In this document: in pieces, positions 18,531-28,903 of the stretch
Layout of the letters: the number at the start of each line of letters is the position of its first letter
Numbering within the stretch: the first letter of the stretch is position 1
Assembly: GCA_021801565.1 (NCBI GenBank)
Contig: JAJYXV010000003.1
Span: forward strand, 293-64,292
Source: a bacterium
GTDB lineage: Bacteria; Patescibacteriota; Minisyncoccia; UBA6257; GWB1-50-10
DNA: 64,000 bases
Reading direction: 5' to 3'
Program-made: the position numbers and the translations under genes
Notes under the pieces: model-generated
The model's input: only the letters and a program-made list of their open reading frames with translations
What the model was told of the DNA's origin: nothing
Databases searched by the model: none

Positions 18531-19226
18531 ATGAATAATAAAATATCTTTTCTTATATTTAGTATTCTTTTGGTGTGTGTTGTTGTGCTTTTTGCATTGG
18601 GAGTGTTTAAAAACCCATTCTCTCAAGTTGAAGAGAAAAGCGACACAACCAAAACAGAGTTACTGGGGTCGACAAATATGGGAAACAAAGAAATTAATAT
18701 GGAACAAGAAACAAAAAAAGTAGGAATCCCAACAATGCAGATTGACATGCAGAAAAAATATACCGCCATACTCCACACCGATTCTGGGGATATAGCGATT
18801 CTCTTACGCACGAAAGAAACCCCAATAACCGCGAATAATTTTGTATATCTTGCAAGGAGAGGATTTTACAATGGAACCATTTTTCATCGGGTAATAAAGG
18901 GATTTATGATTCAGGGTGGAGATCCATTAGGAAACGGTACCGGGGGTCCCGGATATAAATTTAATGATGAGCCATTTCAAGGTGAATACACACGAGGGAC
19001 CGTGGCGATGGCAAATGCGGGACCGAACACGAACGGAAGTCAGTTTTTCATTATGCATAGTGATGTTTCACTTCCTAAGAACTATGTGATTTTTGGAAGT
19101 GTAGTGTCCGGGCTTGATGTGGTGGATAAGATTGCGGATGCAGAGGTTATTCCAAATACTGGTGGAGAACTCTCAAAGCCGAAAATGCCAGTCGTAGTGA
19201 AATCTGTTGATATTACTGAAGAATAA
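18531..19226 (+). CDS. Cyclophilin-type peptidyl-prolyl cis-trans isomerase with N-terminal signal/TM anchor
   Basis: FHRVIKGFMIQGGDPLGNGTGGPGY...MANAGPNTNGSQFFI. Confidence 0.8.
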   Translation: MNNKISFLIFSILLVCVVVLFALGVFKNPFSQVEEKSDTTKTELLGSTNMGNKEINMEQETKKVGIPTMQIDMQKKYTAILHTDSGDIAILLRTKETPITANNFVYLARRGFYNGTIFHRVIKGFMIQGGDPLGNGTGGPGYKFNDEPFQGEYTRGTVAMANAGPNTNGSQFFIMHSDVSLPKNYVIFGSVVSGLDVVDKIADAEVIPNTGGELSKPKMPVVVKSVDITEE

Positions 19227-19227
19227 C

Positions 19228-19419
19228 ATGTTTGATCAATTTAAAATGATGTCAGAAATGATGAAGGGGATGAATCCAGACCAATTGGGGGAGCTGATGA
19301 AAGAGGTGAGTGGAAACAAAAAAGCGATTGAAGACATGGTGCGTTCAATGATAAAAGAGGAAATACAAAAACAAGAACTCGTATCTAAAAAAGATTTGGA
19401 AAAATTTTTGAGGAATTAA
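19228..19419 (+). CDS. Small Met/Lys-rich hypothetical protein
   Basis: 63-70 aa ORF (MFDQFKMMSEMMKGMNPDQLGELMK...). No recognised domain. Overlaps the PPIase stop if started at 19207. Confidence 0.25.
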   Translation: MFDQFKMMSEMMKGMNPDQLGELMKEVSGNKKAIEDMVRSMIKEEIQKQELVSKKDLEKFLRN

Positions 19420-19782
19420 AAAATTTTCAAAAATCTTGAGTTATCCACAAAAAATTATTTTTTGTTTTGCTACACTGAAAGTAGGAAGTATTTTCTGCTT
19501 TGAATGAATGCGACACGTTACATAATTTTATATTGCGTATCATATGTCACCGCGGATGACATATGAAAAGGTCGAACATTAAAAAATTAATATAATTGAA
19601 ATGAAAAAGAAAGCCACGAAAGTAAAGAAAGTTGTAAAGAAGAAAAAGAAATAGAGGCGCCGCGCCGACTGCTGTTCGCGGATAGTACAAAGCCCCCACA
19701 TACATGGGGGCTTTGTGATATACTTACCAATATAAAAGGTCGTATCTATTAATTATTTGCATATCTCATAAATAAAACTTAT

Positions 19783-20016
19783 ATGAAAAAAAATATAGGA
19801 ACCGTAGATAAGATTGTCCGGGGTATTCTTGGACTCGTTCTTATTTATCTTGGGGTATCCCTCTATGCGACAAATCAAGTGTTATCTATTGTTCTCTTTA
19901 TTATAGGATTACTTCTTATTATTACTTCAATGACGGGATTTTGTTTTTTATACACTGTTTTTGGTGTTAGTACGAAAAAAAATGTAATAGAACCTCCGAT
20001 TATTCCACAATCATAG
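19783..20016 (+). CDS. Small inner-membrane protein (YgaP/DUF2892-like)
   Basis: MKKNIGTVDKIVRGILGLVLIYLG, two TM helices. Confidence 0.4.
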   Translation: MKKNIGTVDKIVRGILGLVLIYLGVSLYATNQVLSIVLFIIGLLLIITSMTGFCFLYTVFGVSTKKNVIEPPIIPQS

Positions 20017-20073
20017 AGCTCATATGTTCTCTATGCTACTCTAAAGAGGTCGGCGTATCCGATCTCTTTTATT

Positions 20074-20868
20074 ATGGACACAATAAAGAAGAAAGATATA
20101 GATTTATTTAGGAAAAAAATTTGGGAGTTTTATAGAAAGAACAAAAGAGATTTTTCATGGAGAAAAACGAAAAATCCATATTTTATTCTTGTATCGGAAA
20201 TGATGCTCCAACAAACGCAGACAGAACGGGTCAGGGGAAAATATGAAAAATTTATTTCTTTATTTCCTACAATACATATTCTCGCCAATGCGCCAATAGC
20301 AAGTATATTGTGTGCGTGGCAGGGACTGGGATATAACCGCCGTGCATTATTTTTAAAACGTACAAGTGAAATTATTGCGAAGAAATATAACGGTCATTTT
20401 CCCCGCGATGTGAAAACGTTGGAGAAATTTCCTGGGATCGGTCAGGCAACGGCAGGAGCCATCTCTGCCTTTGCATTTAATATTCCTACAATATTTATAG
20501 AAACGAATATACGGAGGGTATATATCCATTGTTTTTTTGCCTTACGAGACAAGGTTTCAGACAAAGAAATATTGGCATATATAGAAGCAACAATCGATAA
20601 AAAAAATCCAAGAGAATGGTATTATGCACTCATGGATTATGGGGCATTTTTAGGGAAGGTTGAAAGAGAAAATCCAAACACAAGAAGCAGGCATTATAAA
20701 AAACAGAATATTTTTAAAGGATCGGAACGCGAACTTCGCGGGAAGATTTTGAAAGCCGTGCTTTTATATGGAAAGACCATATCATCTTTTATTTCAAAAA
20801 AAACGAACATTGATGAGAAAACGGTAAAAAGAATTTTAAATTTACTGAGATTGGAGGGATTCTTATGA
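20074..20868 (+). CDS. HhH-GPD base-excision DNA glycosylase (MutY/Nth-like, no Fe-S cysteine cluster seen)
   Basis: ILVSEMMLQQTQTERV...FPGIGQATAGAI helix-hairpin-helix GPD motif. C-terminal HTH-like tail. Confidence 0.6.
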   Translation: MDTIKKKDIDLFRKKIWEFYRKNKRDFSWRKTKNPYFILVSEMMLQQTQTERVRGKYEKFISLFPTIHILANAPIASILCAWQGLGYNRRALFLKRTSEIIAKKYNGHFPRDVKTLEKFPGIGQATAGAISAFAFNIPTIFIETNIRRVYIHCFFALRDKVSDKEILAYIEATIDKKNPREWYYALMDYGAFLGKVERENPNTRSRHYKKQNIFKGSERELRGKILKAVLLYGKTISSFISKKTNIDEKTVKRILNLLRLEGFL

Positions 20869-20911
20869 TTGTATCTGGTAAAAATGTGCGATATACTGAT
20901 GAAAATAATTT

Positions 20912-21256
20912 ATGGATAATAACGGACAAAAACAGAATATTACGTATTCGGATTTTGAAAAACTGGATTTACGTATTGCCAAAATAGTAGCCGCCGAAGC
21001 AATACCCACATCCGAAAAGCTTATAAAACTTTCTTTGGATGTAGGAGGAGAATCGCGTCAGATTGTGGCGGGTATCAAAAAACAATATACTCCCGAAGAA
21101 ATTGTGGGGAAATACATCGTTATTGTGGCGAATCTTGAGCCAAGGAAACTTATGGGAGAAGAAAGCAGGGGGATGTTGCTTGCTGCAGGAGATGATGAAC
21201 GTTTTGCGCTTATTATTCCCGAAAAGGAAGTAAATTCGGGTACTTGTGTAAGATAG
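20912..21256 (+). CDS. tRNA-binding protein (CsaA/Trbp111-type EMAP domain)
   Basis: LDLRIAKIVAAEAIP...IVANLEPRKLMGEESRGMLLAA. Confidence 0.7.
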   Translation: MDNNGQKQNITYSDFEKLDLRIAKIVAAEAIPTSEKLIKLSLDVGGESRQIVAGIKKQYTPEEIVGKYIVIVANLEPRKLMGEESRGMLLAAGDDERFALIIPEKEVNSGTCVR

Positions 21257-21257
21257 T

Positions 21258-22616
21258 TTAATACGTAACTCTTCTTAACTCTCCATTTATATCAAGAAAG
21301 TAGAAATTGTCTTGTATAATGTATTTTTTTATATTTTGAGATAGTAACACAGCATTTTGTAGATTTTTTTCGTCCGTCTCAATGGCCCATACGCTGTCTT
21401 TTGCGAGTGCAACAATATAGTTCTGGAAACCCCGAAGCCATTCAAGTGAATCGAATTTTATATTTTTTGCGCTGCCATTTAATAGAAGTGGAATAAACAT
21501 TCCCTTTTTTATTTGTATATTACCGGAGTAATCAGTGATATATGCTATTCCGAGTGTCCCGTTTTCAAATACAACACCCACCCTTTTTTCTTCAGGACTG
21601 AGAGAAAAATATTTTACATTTTTTGCAATCGTCGAAATATCTTTGGTGACGCGGTTGTATATAAAAAGAGTGTTTTGTTCCCCTATAAATAGTAAATATG
21701 AATTGTTTAACACGGGAATATGCATTTCAGTTGAAGAGGCATACATTATTTCCGGTTCGTTTTTGATAAGAAGGTTTACCATAGCGATGTTTCCTTGTGC
21801 ATCTTTTATAAATACGCGAGTATCATCTGAAAAAACTTCATCAATATGTTCCACTCCAAGTATCTTTTCAATAGATATTTTTTTTAGATCAATGATATAA
21901 AGCGATGTTTTTGTTGCAACAATTATTTTGGAGTGGCTGAACGGATGGGGAAGTGCAGTCAGAATCTTTACCGTTCCGGGAAGTTTTAGCTCGCGTTGTT
22001 TTAGGGAATTAAATAATTCTTGAATGTTTATCGCAGTATTCGGATCGGCAATATCAACAAAAAAAAGAGTGTTATTCTTGTCTTTTGTTATTATCCCCCC
22101 CGTTGTTATTGAATAACTGATCACATTAATTCCCCTTATAATGTTGTTATCTATACGTATATCACCTGTGTTATCTTGTAGAATGATACCTTCGCTAGTA
22201 ACCCAAAAGTTTTTTATTGAACTTGAAGCGATTTTTTCTGTCTCTGGATCCGTTTTCCAGAGTCTTATGAAACTTTCAGAAGAAACTACGCCTTTTTCCA
22301 CCGTGATATTTTTTATCCATGGAGAAAATCCGTCTTTTTTGACAACAACCTCATATGTTCCCGACTTTAGGTTTTTTATAAGCGTTCCCTTGTTTATAAT
22401 TCCATCCTCAGATTTATATTGTTTGTTATCGACATAAATTTCCGCGTCTGATGGAGTTGAGCGGATGTATACCGCTCCGGTTTTAGTTATCGTGAGTTTT
22501 TTCCAATCAATAGTGAGTCCCTGCGTGATGATGATAAGATATGCACTTCCTAATATAAATATAGCAATGAACGTGTAATATAATATTTTTCTTCTTTTCT
22601 TTTCCATTTTTCGCAA
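21258..22616 (-). CDS. Membrane-anchored PEGA-domain protein, otherwise uncharacterised
   Basis: N-terminal TM (ILYYTFIAIFILGSAYLIII). PEGA-like SDAEIYVDNK...TYEVVVKKDGFSPW. One of only two clear − strand genes. Confidence 0.55.
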   Translation of the reverse strand: MRKMEKKRRKILYYTFIAIFILGSAYLIIITQGLTIDWKKLTITKTGAVYIRSTPSDAEIYVDNKQYKSEDGIINKGTLIKNLKSGTYEVVVKKDGFSPWIKNITVEKGVVSSESFIRLWKTDPETEKIASSSIKNFWVTSEGIILQDNTGDIRIDNNIIRGINVISYSITTGGIITKDKNNTLFFVDIADPNTAINIQELFNSLKQRELKLPGTVKILTALPHPFSHSKIIVATKTSLYIIDLKKISIEKILGVEHIDEVFSDDTRVFIKDAQGNIAMVNLLIKNEPEIMYASSTEMHIPVLNNSYLLFIGEQNTLFIYNRVTKDISTIAKNVKYFSLSPEEKRVGVVFENGTLGIAYITDYSGNIQIKKGMFIPLLLNGSAKNIKFDSLEWLRGFQNYIVALAKDSVWAIETDEKNLQNAVLLSQNIKKYIIQDNFYFLDINGELRRVTY

Positions 22617-22796
22617 TAATGATCCTTATCGGTATATCATGTTAAAGATGGATCTGCAAATCCTGCACCTTTTCTCAATCATATAAAAGATTTATTTTGG
22701 TATATACGGTCTGAAAATTGTGATCACACAATTAAACTTCTACTATGGGGTTGATTTTACTCCGTTTCGATATTAGAGTATTGAAGAAGAGAAACA

Positions 22797-23813
22797 TTGA
22801 ACATGTTTGTAAGAAAAATAGGTATAGATCTTGGCACAACAAATACCCTCGTTTTTTTACCCGACAAGGGAATTGTTATTAATGAGCCGACGGTTGTCGC
22901 GCTTCGAAAACCCGATAATGCCGTGCTTGCAGTTGGCGCGGAGGCGAAGGAAATGGTGGGACGAACGCCCGATGATATTGTGACATATAAGCCATTAAAA
23001 GATGGAGTAATCGCCGAGTATTATGTGACGCAAGCAATGCTCCATTATTTTATTTCAAGAAGCATTGGGAATTTTAATATTTTTCATCCAGAAGTGGTTA
23101 TCTCGGTTCCTGCGGGAATTACTTCAACTGAATATCGCGCGGTCATGAATGCCGCAAAAGAAGCAGGAGCAAAAGATGTCTATTTGGTAAAAGAACCCCT
23201 TCTTGCATCACTTGGTGCTGGAATTCCAATTCATTCGTCAGAAGGCAATATGATTGTAAATATCGGAGGAGGAACCACGGAGGTTGCGGTTATCTCATTG
23301 GGAGGAATCGTGGCATGGGCAAGTCTTCGTGTTGCGGGAAATAGATTTGACCAATCAATTACTGAATATATAAAGAAAAAATATGGATTGGCAATTGGAG
23401 AAGGAACTGCGGAAAATATAAAAATCAACATTGGTACTGCCATTCCTAATCGCACAAAAACAGAAATGAAAATACGTGGGCGGGACCTTTCATCTGGGTT
23501 GCCAAAAGACTTAAATATAAATTCGAACGAGGTGGCAGAGGCAATTAATGCTCATCTTGTGGATATTGTGAATTCCATACAGTCCGTTTTTAATGTAACC
23601 CCACCAGAACTTGCCGCTGATATTATGGAAAAAGGAATTATTCTTTCTGGAGGAAGTTCACAGTTAAGAGACTTAGATGAATTTTTGAAACGTTCCCTTG
23701 GTGTCTCCGCATATGTTGCAGAAGAACCGATTTTTTGTGTTGCAAAGGGAACAGCAATTATTTTGAATCATTTGGATGTCTATAAGAGAACGCTCTTAAA
23801 TAAGAGATCGTAA
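22797..23813 (+). CDS. mreB: Rod shape-determining protein MreB
   Basis: [13 protein letters not shown] phosphate-1 motif. Actin-like ATPase over its full length. Confidence 0.85.
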   Translation: MNMFVRKIGIDLGTTNTLVFLPDKGIVINEPTVVALRKPDNAVLAVGAEAKEMVGRTPDDIVTYKPLKDGVIAEYYVTQAMLHYFISRSIGNFNIFHPEVVISVPAGITSTEYRAVMNAAKEAGAKDVYLVKEPLLASLGAGIPIHSSEGNMIVNIGGGTTEVAVISLGGIVAWASLRVAGNRFDQSITEYIKKKYGLAIGEGTAENIKINIGTAIPNRTKTEMKIRGRDLSSGLPKDLNINSNEVAEAINAHLVDIVNSIQSVFNVTPPELAADIMEKGIILSGGSSQLRDLDEFLKRSLGVSAYVAEEPIFCVAKGTAIILNHLDVYKRTLLNKRS

Positions 23814-23819
23814 TTTTTT

Positions 23820-24596
23820 ATGTTTTTTGGATATGAAGATAAGCGCGATCGATTTATGACTCTTGCGCAAGATCATGTGCTGAGGCATGCATATCTTTTT
23901 TTTGGAGATGAGGGAGTAGGGAAGAAGACGTTTGCGCTTATGTTTGCAAATTTTCTCGAGTCTGGAGAATTCGCTGTTTCAGAAAAACCCCTTATTGATT
24001 CGACTGTCTTTTCTCCGAACGAAAAAGGGGTTATTGGAATTGATGAAATGAGAATAGTGAAGAAGTTTTTATTTCAGAAACCGTTTGTTTCTTCGAAACG
24101 CATTGCGGTTATTGATCGCGCTGAGGAGCTTACCGAGGAGGCGGCAAGCGCTCTCTTGAAAATTGTGGAGGAACCACCACTGCACGCATTGCTTATTTTT
24201 ATTGCGCAAAATACCGAATCTTTTTTTCCTCCTCTCCTTTCGCGGTTTACCAAAGAATATTTTCCACGTCTTTCAGATGAAGAAGTGGAACATATAGTAA
24301 TGGAGCAATATAAAGTTTCGGAAAAACGCGCAAAAGAAATAGCGGCAGAATCATTTGGGAGGATTGGGAGGGCAGTGAATTTGATTGAAAAGAAAAGAAC
24401 AAAAAAGAAAGAGGAAGAGACGGTGGAGGATATAATTGAACGTAATATTTTTGAACTTCGAGCAAAAGACCGAATAAGGAATTCAAAAAAGATTTCTTGG
24501 CTTCTTAATCGGCTTTCGCTTGTAAAGCGGTATAATACGAATCCCAAACTCCAGTTAAAAAGTGTACAATATATAATTGATAAGAAATATGATTGA
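23820..24596 (+). CDS. holB: DNA polymerase III delta' subunit-like AAA+ protein
   Basis: HAYLFFGDEGVGKKTFALMFANFL, clamp-loader delta'-like. Confidence 0.6.
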   Translation: MFFGYEDKRDRFMTLAQDHVLRHAYLFFGDEGVGKKTFALMFANFLESGEFAVSEKPLIDSTVFSPNEKGVIGIDEMRIVKKFLFQKPFVSSKRIAVIDRAEELTEEAASALLKIVEEPPLHALLIFIAQNTESFFPPLLSRFTKEYFPRLSDEEVEHIVMEQYKVSEKRAKEIAAESFGRIGRAVNLIEKKRTKKKEEETVEDIIERNIFELRAKDRIRNSKKISWLLNRLSLVKRYNTNPKLQLKSVQYIIDKKYD

Positions 24597-25131
24597 AGAA
24601 TTTAAAAAACAGGCAGAAGAAATCGTTCAAACATTCAAAAAAGAAATAGCGGGGATTCGCACTAATCGTCCTAGTGCCGGGCTTATTGAAGATATTAAAG
24701 TATTGTATTATGGCCAGTCTGTTCCAATTAAACATGTTGGATCGGTGGGGGTGACCCCTCCGCGCGAATTACACGTTCAGGTGTGGGATTCATCGGCAGT
24801 GGGTCTTGTTTCGAAAGCTATTGAATCTTCACAATTAGGATTGTCTCCACAGGTTGAGGGGAATACCGTGCGGGTATTCCTTCCAGAACTCAGTAAGGAG
24901 CGGAGGGATGAATTTATAAAACACGTGAAAAAAATATCGGAACAATATCGTATAGAACTTCGCCACACGCGAGATGAGGCGAATAAAGATGTTGAAAGGC
25001 GTCTTGATGAAAAAGAAATCACCGAAGATGAGAAATTTAAGGAACGCGAAGATATTCAAAAAATAACCGACAGGGTAAATGGGGAAATAGAGGGGTTACT
25101 TGAAGAGAAAATAAAGGAAATACAAGAATAA
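24577..25131 (+). CDS. frr: Ribosome recycling factor
   Basis: RTNRPSAGLIEDIKV...LSKERRDEFIKHVKK. Confidence 0.85.
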   Translation: MIRNMIEEFKKQAEEIVQTFKKEIAGIRTNRPSAGLIEDIKVLYYGQSVPIKHVGSVGVTPPRELHVQVWDSSAVGLVSKAIESSQLGLSPQVEGNTVRVFLPELSKERRDEFIKHVKKISEQYRIELRHTRDEANKDVERRLDEKEITEDEKFKEREDIQKITDRVNGEIEGLLEEKIKEIQE

Positions 25132-25140
25132 CATATGGAT

Positions 25141-25273
25141 CCCGTTAATGATAACTTTTTTCAGAAGATGGGAATTTTATGATTACATTTAATTATGAAG
25201 AATAAAAAAGAAAGGTACGACACATACAGACAAAAAGTGTACAGAAACGATTGCGTTTCTTATCATTAACGGG
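25141..25273 (+). repeat. Intergenic palindromic element, subfamily 2 (CCCGTTAATGATAA...TTATCATTAACGGG)
   Basis: Perfect 14-nt inverted termini. Internal hairpin AGAAACG-ATTG-CGTTTCT. Flanked by ATGGAT on both sides. Right end abuts ATG 25274. Confidence 0.55.
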
Positions 25274-26338
25274 ATGGATATTGTACTCATTATTGTGGGC
25301 CTTTCGGTGCTCATACTTGTGCATGAGATTGGACATTTTGTGAGTGCTAAATTTTTCGGAATCGGTGTCGAAGAATTTGGCATAGGGTTTCCCCCCCGGA
25401 TTTTTGGCAAAAAATATAAAGGAACACTCTATAGTGTGAATGCACTTCCATTTGGCGGATTTGTAAAAATAATTGGCGAAGATGGGGATGAGAATGAAAA
25501 GGGTAATGAAATAAAAAAAGATTCGTTAAATTTTTCTTCTCAGAAAATATGGAAGAGAGTAATTGTTCTGGTGGCAGGCGTTTCAATGAACATCATTGCC
25601 GGATGGATTATTTTTAGTGCTGTGTTTATGGTGGGGGTGCCGACAAAACTTACCATTATTGATGTATCTTCAAATTCTCCAGCGGCAATAGCAGATATAA
25701 AAGCAAATGATTTTATTGTAAAAGCTACCTATAGCACAAAAACACTTGAGGATCCCATTCAAACTAAAGATTTTATCAGCCTTGTAAAAGAAGCGGGGGA
25801 AAACAACATAACACTTACCCTACAAAGGGGAAAGGAGGTGATAGAAAAAACGCTTCAAGGAAGAATACATCCTCCTGAAGGACAGGGTTCGCTTGGATTG
25901 GGATTGGGGGAATCGGGCGTTGAACGAAAAAGTTTTTTTGGAAGTTTGTGGTATGGAGCAACGTACACATGGGATATCATACGAATGACGACCATTGGAT
26001 TTTTTGATCTCATTGTAAAAATATTTTCTGCACCAGGAATGGTAAAAAATGTTGCGGGTCCCGTGGGGATTGTGGTGATTGCAAAACAAGCGGCCGATAT
26101 CGGTTTTGTATATTTTCTTCAATTGCTCGCGCTTATTTCGATAAATTTGGCGGTATTAAATTTATTGCCGTTTCCCGCACTCGATGGGGGACGCGTGCTT
26201 CTCCTTGCAATTGAAAAAATAAAAGGGAGTCCCGTTTCACTTCGTGTACAATCATATATAAATATGGCGGGTTTCTTTCTTCTAATTGCACTTATGCTTT
26301 TTGTGACGTTTCAGGATGTGACAAAACTGTTTAAGTAG
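25274..26338 (+). CDS. rseP: RseP/site-2 zinc metalloprotease (PDZ-containing)
   Basis: LVHEIGHFVSAKFFG HExxH. Polytopic membrane protein. LDGG motif. Confidence 0.75.
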   Translation: MDIVLIIVGLSVLILVHEIGHFVSAKFFGIGVEEFGIGFPPRIFGKKYKGTLYSVNALPFGGFVKIIGEDGDENEKGNEIKKDSLNFSSQKIWKRVIVLVAGVSMNIIAGWIIFSAVFMVGVPTKLTIIDVSSNSPAAIADIKANDFIVKATYSTKTLEDPIQTKDFISLVKEAGENNITLTLQRGKEVIEKTLQGRIHPPEGQGSLGLGLGESGVERKSFFGSLWYGATYTWDIIRMTTIGFFDLIVKIFSAPGMVKNVAGPVGIVVIAKQAADIGFVYFLQLLALISINLAVLNLLPFPALDGGRVLLLAIEKIKGSPVSLRVQSYINMAGFFLLIALMLFVTFQDVTKLFK

Positions 26339-26366
26339 TAATCTCACGACTTGCGATGTTGTAATA

Positions 26367-26394
26367 TTGACATTTTTGTGGTTTGTGCTATAAT
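26367..26394 (+). promoter_or_regulatory. Strong sigma70-like promoter candidate
   Basis: TTGACA (26367-26372), 16-nt spacer, TATAAT (26389-26394). About 55 nt upstream of ATG 26449. Confidence 0.45.
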
Positions 26395-26448
26395 AGAAGA
26401 GCAAATTAATAACGGTTATTTGATGTTTTTGGGATAGTCCCAGAAGCG

Positions 26449-27081
26449 ATGAATGACCACAAATATGAGAGGTATATCATGGGACGTAGTAAAAAATCTA
26501 GTATTGCAATTATTTCCGCACTTACCTTGTTTATTGAATTTTTATCTAATGTATTCAAATTTTTGAAAAAGATCGGTGGAAATGAGGAAATGACATACAG
26601 TTTCATTTCTTCTCCTGATGGAGCAAAGGAGTTTGCAGAACTTATCTTTTCCAAAACAAAAATAGTTGTTGATGAAACGAAAAAAATAATTCGATCTCTT
26701 TCTGATCTCATCACCTCATTAAAACTCGACTGGGTAAACGAAAACATCAACGAAACAAACTTCCCCGTTCAACCAGAAGACTTGATCGAAACCGAAAAGG
26801 AATACAAAGAATTCCACTTCAGAAAGACCATGTCTTCAGAAAGTGTCATTGCGGAGATGAATAAAGAAAACTTTCGCCCCGCAACCACACGAGAGCAATT
26901 AAAGTGGGCTCTCAAGAACTGGGATGGGAAATCTATTATTGTTGCTCTCGGACAATCTTGGCTTAATTCCTATGGCAATCGTCACGTGTCTGTGCTCTGC
27001 TTTGGTTTGCGTGAGCTGGATCTGTTTTGGTTCGGCGATGACTGGTCTGTCAATTCTCGTTTCCTTGGTGTTCGCAAGTAG
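26449..27081 (+). CDS. Hypothetical protein (N-terminal TM, no recognised domain)
   Basis: 210-aa ORF preceded by a consensus promoter and followed by a terminator. Confidence 0.35.
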   Translation: MNDHKYERYIMGRSKKSSIAIISALTLFIEFLSNVFKFLKKIGGNEEMTYSFISSPDGAKEFAELIFSKTKIVVDETKKIIRSLSDLITSLKLDWVNENINETNFPVQPEDLIETEKEYKEFHFRKTMSSESVIAEMNKENFRPATTREQLKWALKNWDGKSIIVALGQSWLNSYGNRHVSVLCFGLRELDLFWFGDDWSVNSRFLGVRK

Positions 27082-27091
27082 TATTAATTTT

Positions 27092-27128
27092 GGGACTGGA
27101 ATTTTTAATTTCCGGTCCCTTTGTTTTT
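27092..27128 (+). terminator. Rho-independent terminator
   Basis: GGGAC-TGGAATTTTTAATTTCC-GGTCCC followed by TTTGTTTTT. Confidence 0.5.
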
Positions 27129-27197
27129 AATTTTTGTTGATTTAGGGCACAAGTTGTCACGGGGGCCTGGTTTTGGTAGGATACAAATGATAAATAC

Positions 27198-28901
27198 ATG
27201 CGCCAATCACGTTATTTTTTGAAGACCACAAAGACCTTTTCCGAAGAGGATAAGGTTATTTCTGCGCGTTTTTTGAAGCAGGCGGGATATATTCAAGAGT
27301 CTGTTGCGGGGCGCTATTATTTTCTTCCTATCGGACAGAGAGTGCAGCAGAAGATAATGGCAATAATTAGAGATGAGATGGATAAGGGAGGAGCACAAGA
27401 AATGGTTTCACCAATTTTACATCCGGTGGAATTATGGAAAGAAACAAACCGCACAAACACAACTGGGTTTGAACTTATGAAAGTGAAAGATCGACGGGGG
27501 TCAGAGTTTGCGCTCGGTGGCACTGCCGAAGAAATGTTTGTCGACTTAGTTCGAAAATATGAGTTGAGTTATAAAGACCTCCCATTTCATTTATATCAAT
27601 TTTCTCCAAAATTTCGCGATGAGCTTCGCGCACGCGGGGGGCTATTGCGTGTTCGCGAATTTATTATGAAAGATGGGTACTCATTTCATAGAGATGAAGG
27701 AAATTTTAAGAGTGAATACGAAAAAATGAAACAGATGTACACGAGAATTTTCGAACGCATGGAACTTTCAACTACAGTTGTCGAGGCAGATAATGGGTAT
27801 ATCGGAGGGGAATATTGCCATGAATTTATTTCAGAATCAGATATTGGCGAGAGTAAATATTTTATTACCGAAGATAAGACGTACGCCGCGCATGAGGATG
27901 TTGCAAAATTCAAGAGAAATCCAGCAAATATGGGGGCAGCGATGCTGCCGTTTCAGATTATTGGCCAGCCGGAGTGGGTGCAGACGATGGATGATAATGT
28001 AAAACACTATAAAAAAGAGAAGAATAATTTTTTGAAGAATGTAGTGTATAAAAATCGTGTAAACGGAGAAATTATTATTGCTGTTGTAACCGGTGATTTA
28101 GAAGTGAATCAAAATAAACTCGAGCACGTGTTGCATGCGGTGGGACAACTGGAACCGGCGGAAGATGCTGATCTTATCGCATTAGGAACAAAGCACGGAT
28201 ATGTACATTGTTGGGGACACAAGGGAGCGCGATATATTGGAGATATTATTTTAAAAGATGCAAAAAATTTGATTGGAGGGCAGAAGGAAGAAATGACCGA
28301 TTCTGTAAATGTAAATTATGGAAGGGACTTTACATGTGAACTACTTGCAGATATTACTACGGCAAAATCAGGAGATTATGCAGAACATGGTGGCCGTCTC
28401 ATAGAAGGACGAGGAATTGAAGTGGGAAACACATTTCAACTTGGATATCACTACACTGATCTTATGAAAGGGGCAGTGTATCGCGATGAAGATGGAACTG
28501 AAAAGCCATATTACATGGGATGTTATGGAATTGGTGTGGGACGTACAATGGCAGCGATTGTAGAGAAGTTTCATGATGAGAAAGGAATTATATGGCCGGA
28601 ACAAGTAGCTCCGTTTTATGCACATCTGCTCGCCATTGGTGAAATAAACGAAAAACTTGAAAAATTTGCCGATGAGGTGTATGAAAAGCTTAGTGCATCT
28701 GGTATTGAAGTGTTATATGATGATCGAAAAAAGATGTCCGCAGGAGAAAAATTTTCCGATGCTGACCTCATTGGAATTCCATGGCGCATTATTGTAAGTG
28801 AGAAGACAACGAAGGAGGGGAAAATTGAAGTAAAAAAGAGATCTGGAAAAGAATCAAAGATGATGACGGTAGAAGATTTCATAACACACACAAAAAAATA
28901 A
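27198..28901 (+). CDS. proS: Prolyl-tRNA synthetase
   Basis: N-terminus MRQSRYFLKTTKTFSEEDKVISARFLKQAGYI aligns to bacterial ProRS. Class II motifs. Confidence 0.85.
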   Translation: MRQSRYFLKTTKTFSEEDKVISARFLKQAGYIQESVAGRYYFLPIGQRVQQKIMAIIRDEMDKGGAQEMVSPILHPVELWKETNRTNTTGFELMKVKDRRGSEFALGGTAEEMFVDLVRKYELSYKDLPFHLYQFSPKFRDELRARGGLLRVREFIMKDGYSFHRDEGNFKSEYEKMKQMYTRIFERMELSTTVVEADNGYIGGEYCHEFISESDIGESKYFITEDKTYAAHEDVAKFKRNPANMGAAMLPFQIIGQPEWVQTMDDNVKHYKKEKNNFLKNVVYKNRVNGEIIIAVVTGDLEVNQNKLEHVLHAVGQLEPAEDADLIALGTKHGYVHCWGHKGARYIGDIILKDAKNLIGGQKEEMTDSVNVNYGRDFTCELLADITTAKSGDYAEHGGRLIEGRGIEVGNTFQLGYHYTDLMKGAVYRDEDGTEKPYYMGCYGIGVGRTMAAIVEKFHDEKGIIWPEQVAPFYAHLLAIGEINEKLEKFADEVYEKLSASGIEVLYDDRKKMSAGEKFSDADLIGIPWRIIVSEKTTKEGKIEVKKRSGKESKMMTVEDFITHTKK

Positions 28902-28903
28902 TT

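Noticed and set aside
19441-19449. Perfect DnaA box TTATCCACA in the AT-rich 19420-19780 intergenic region, as a possible oriC
   Set aside because: It is a single box with no dnaA or dnaN nearby and no cluster of boxes. A lysine-rich mini-ORF (MKKKATKVKKVVKKKKK, 19611-19664) and two hairpins are present, but the evidence is insufficient for an origin or an RNA gene.
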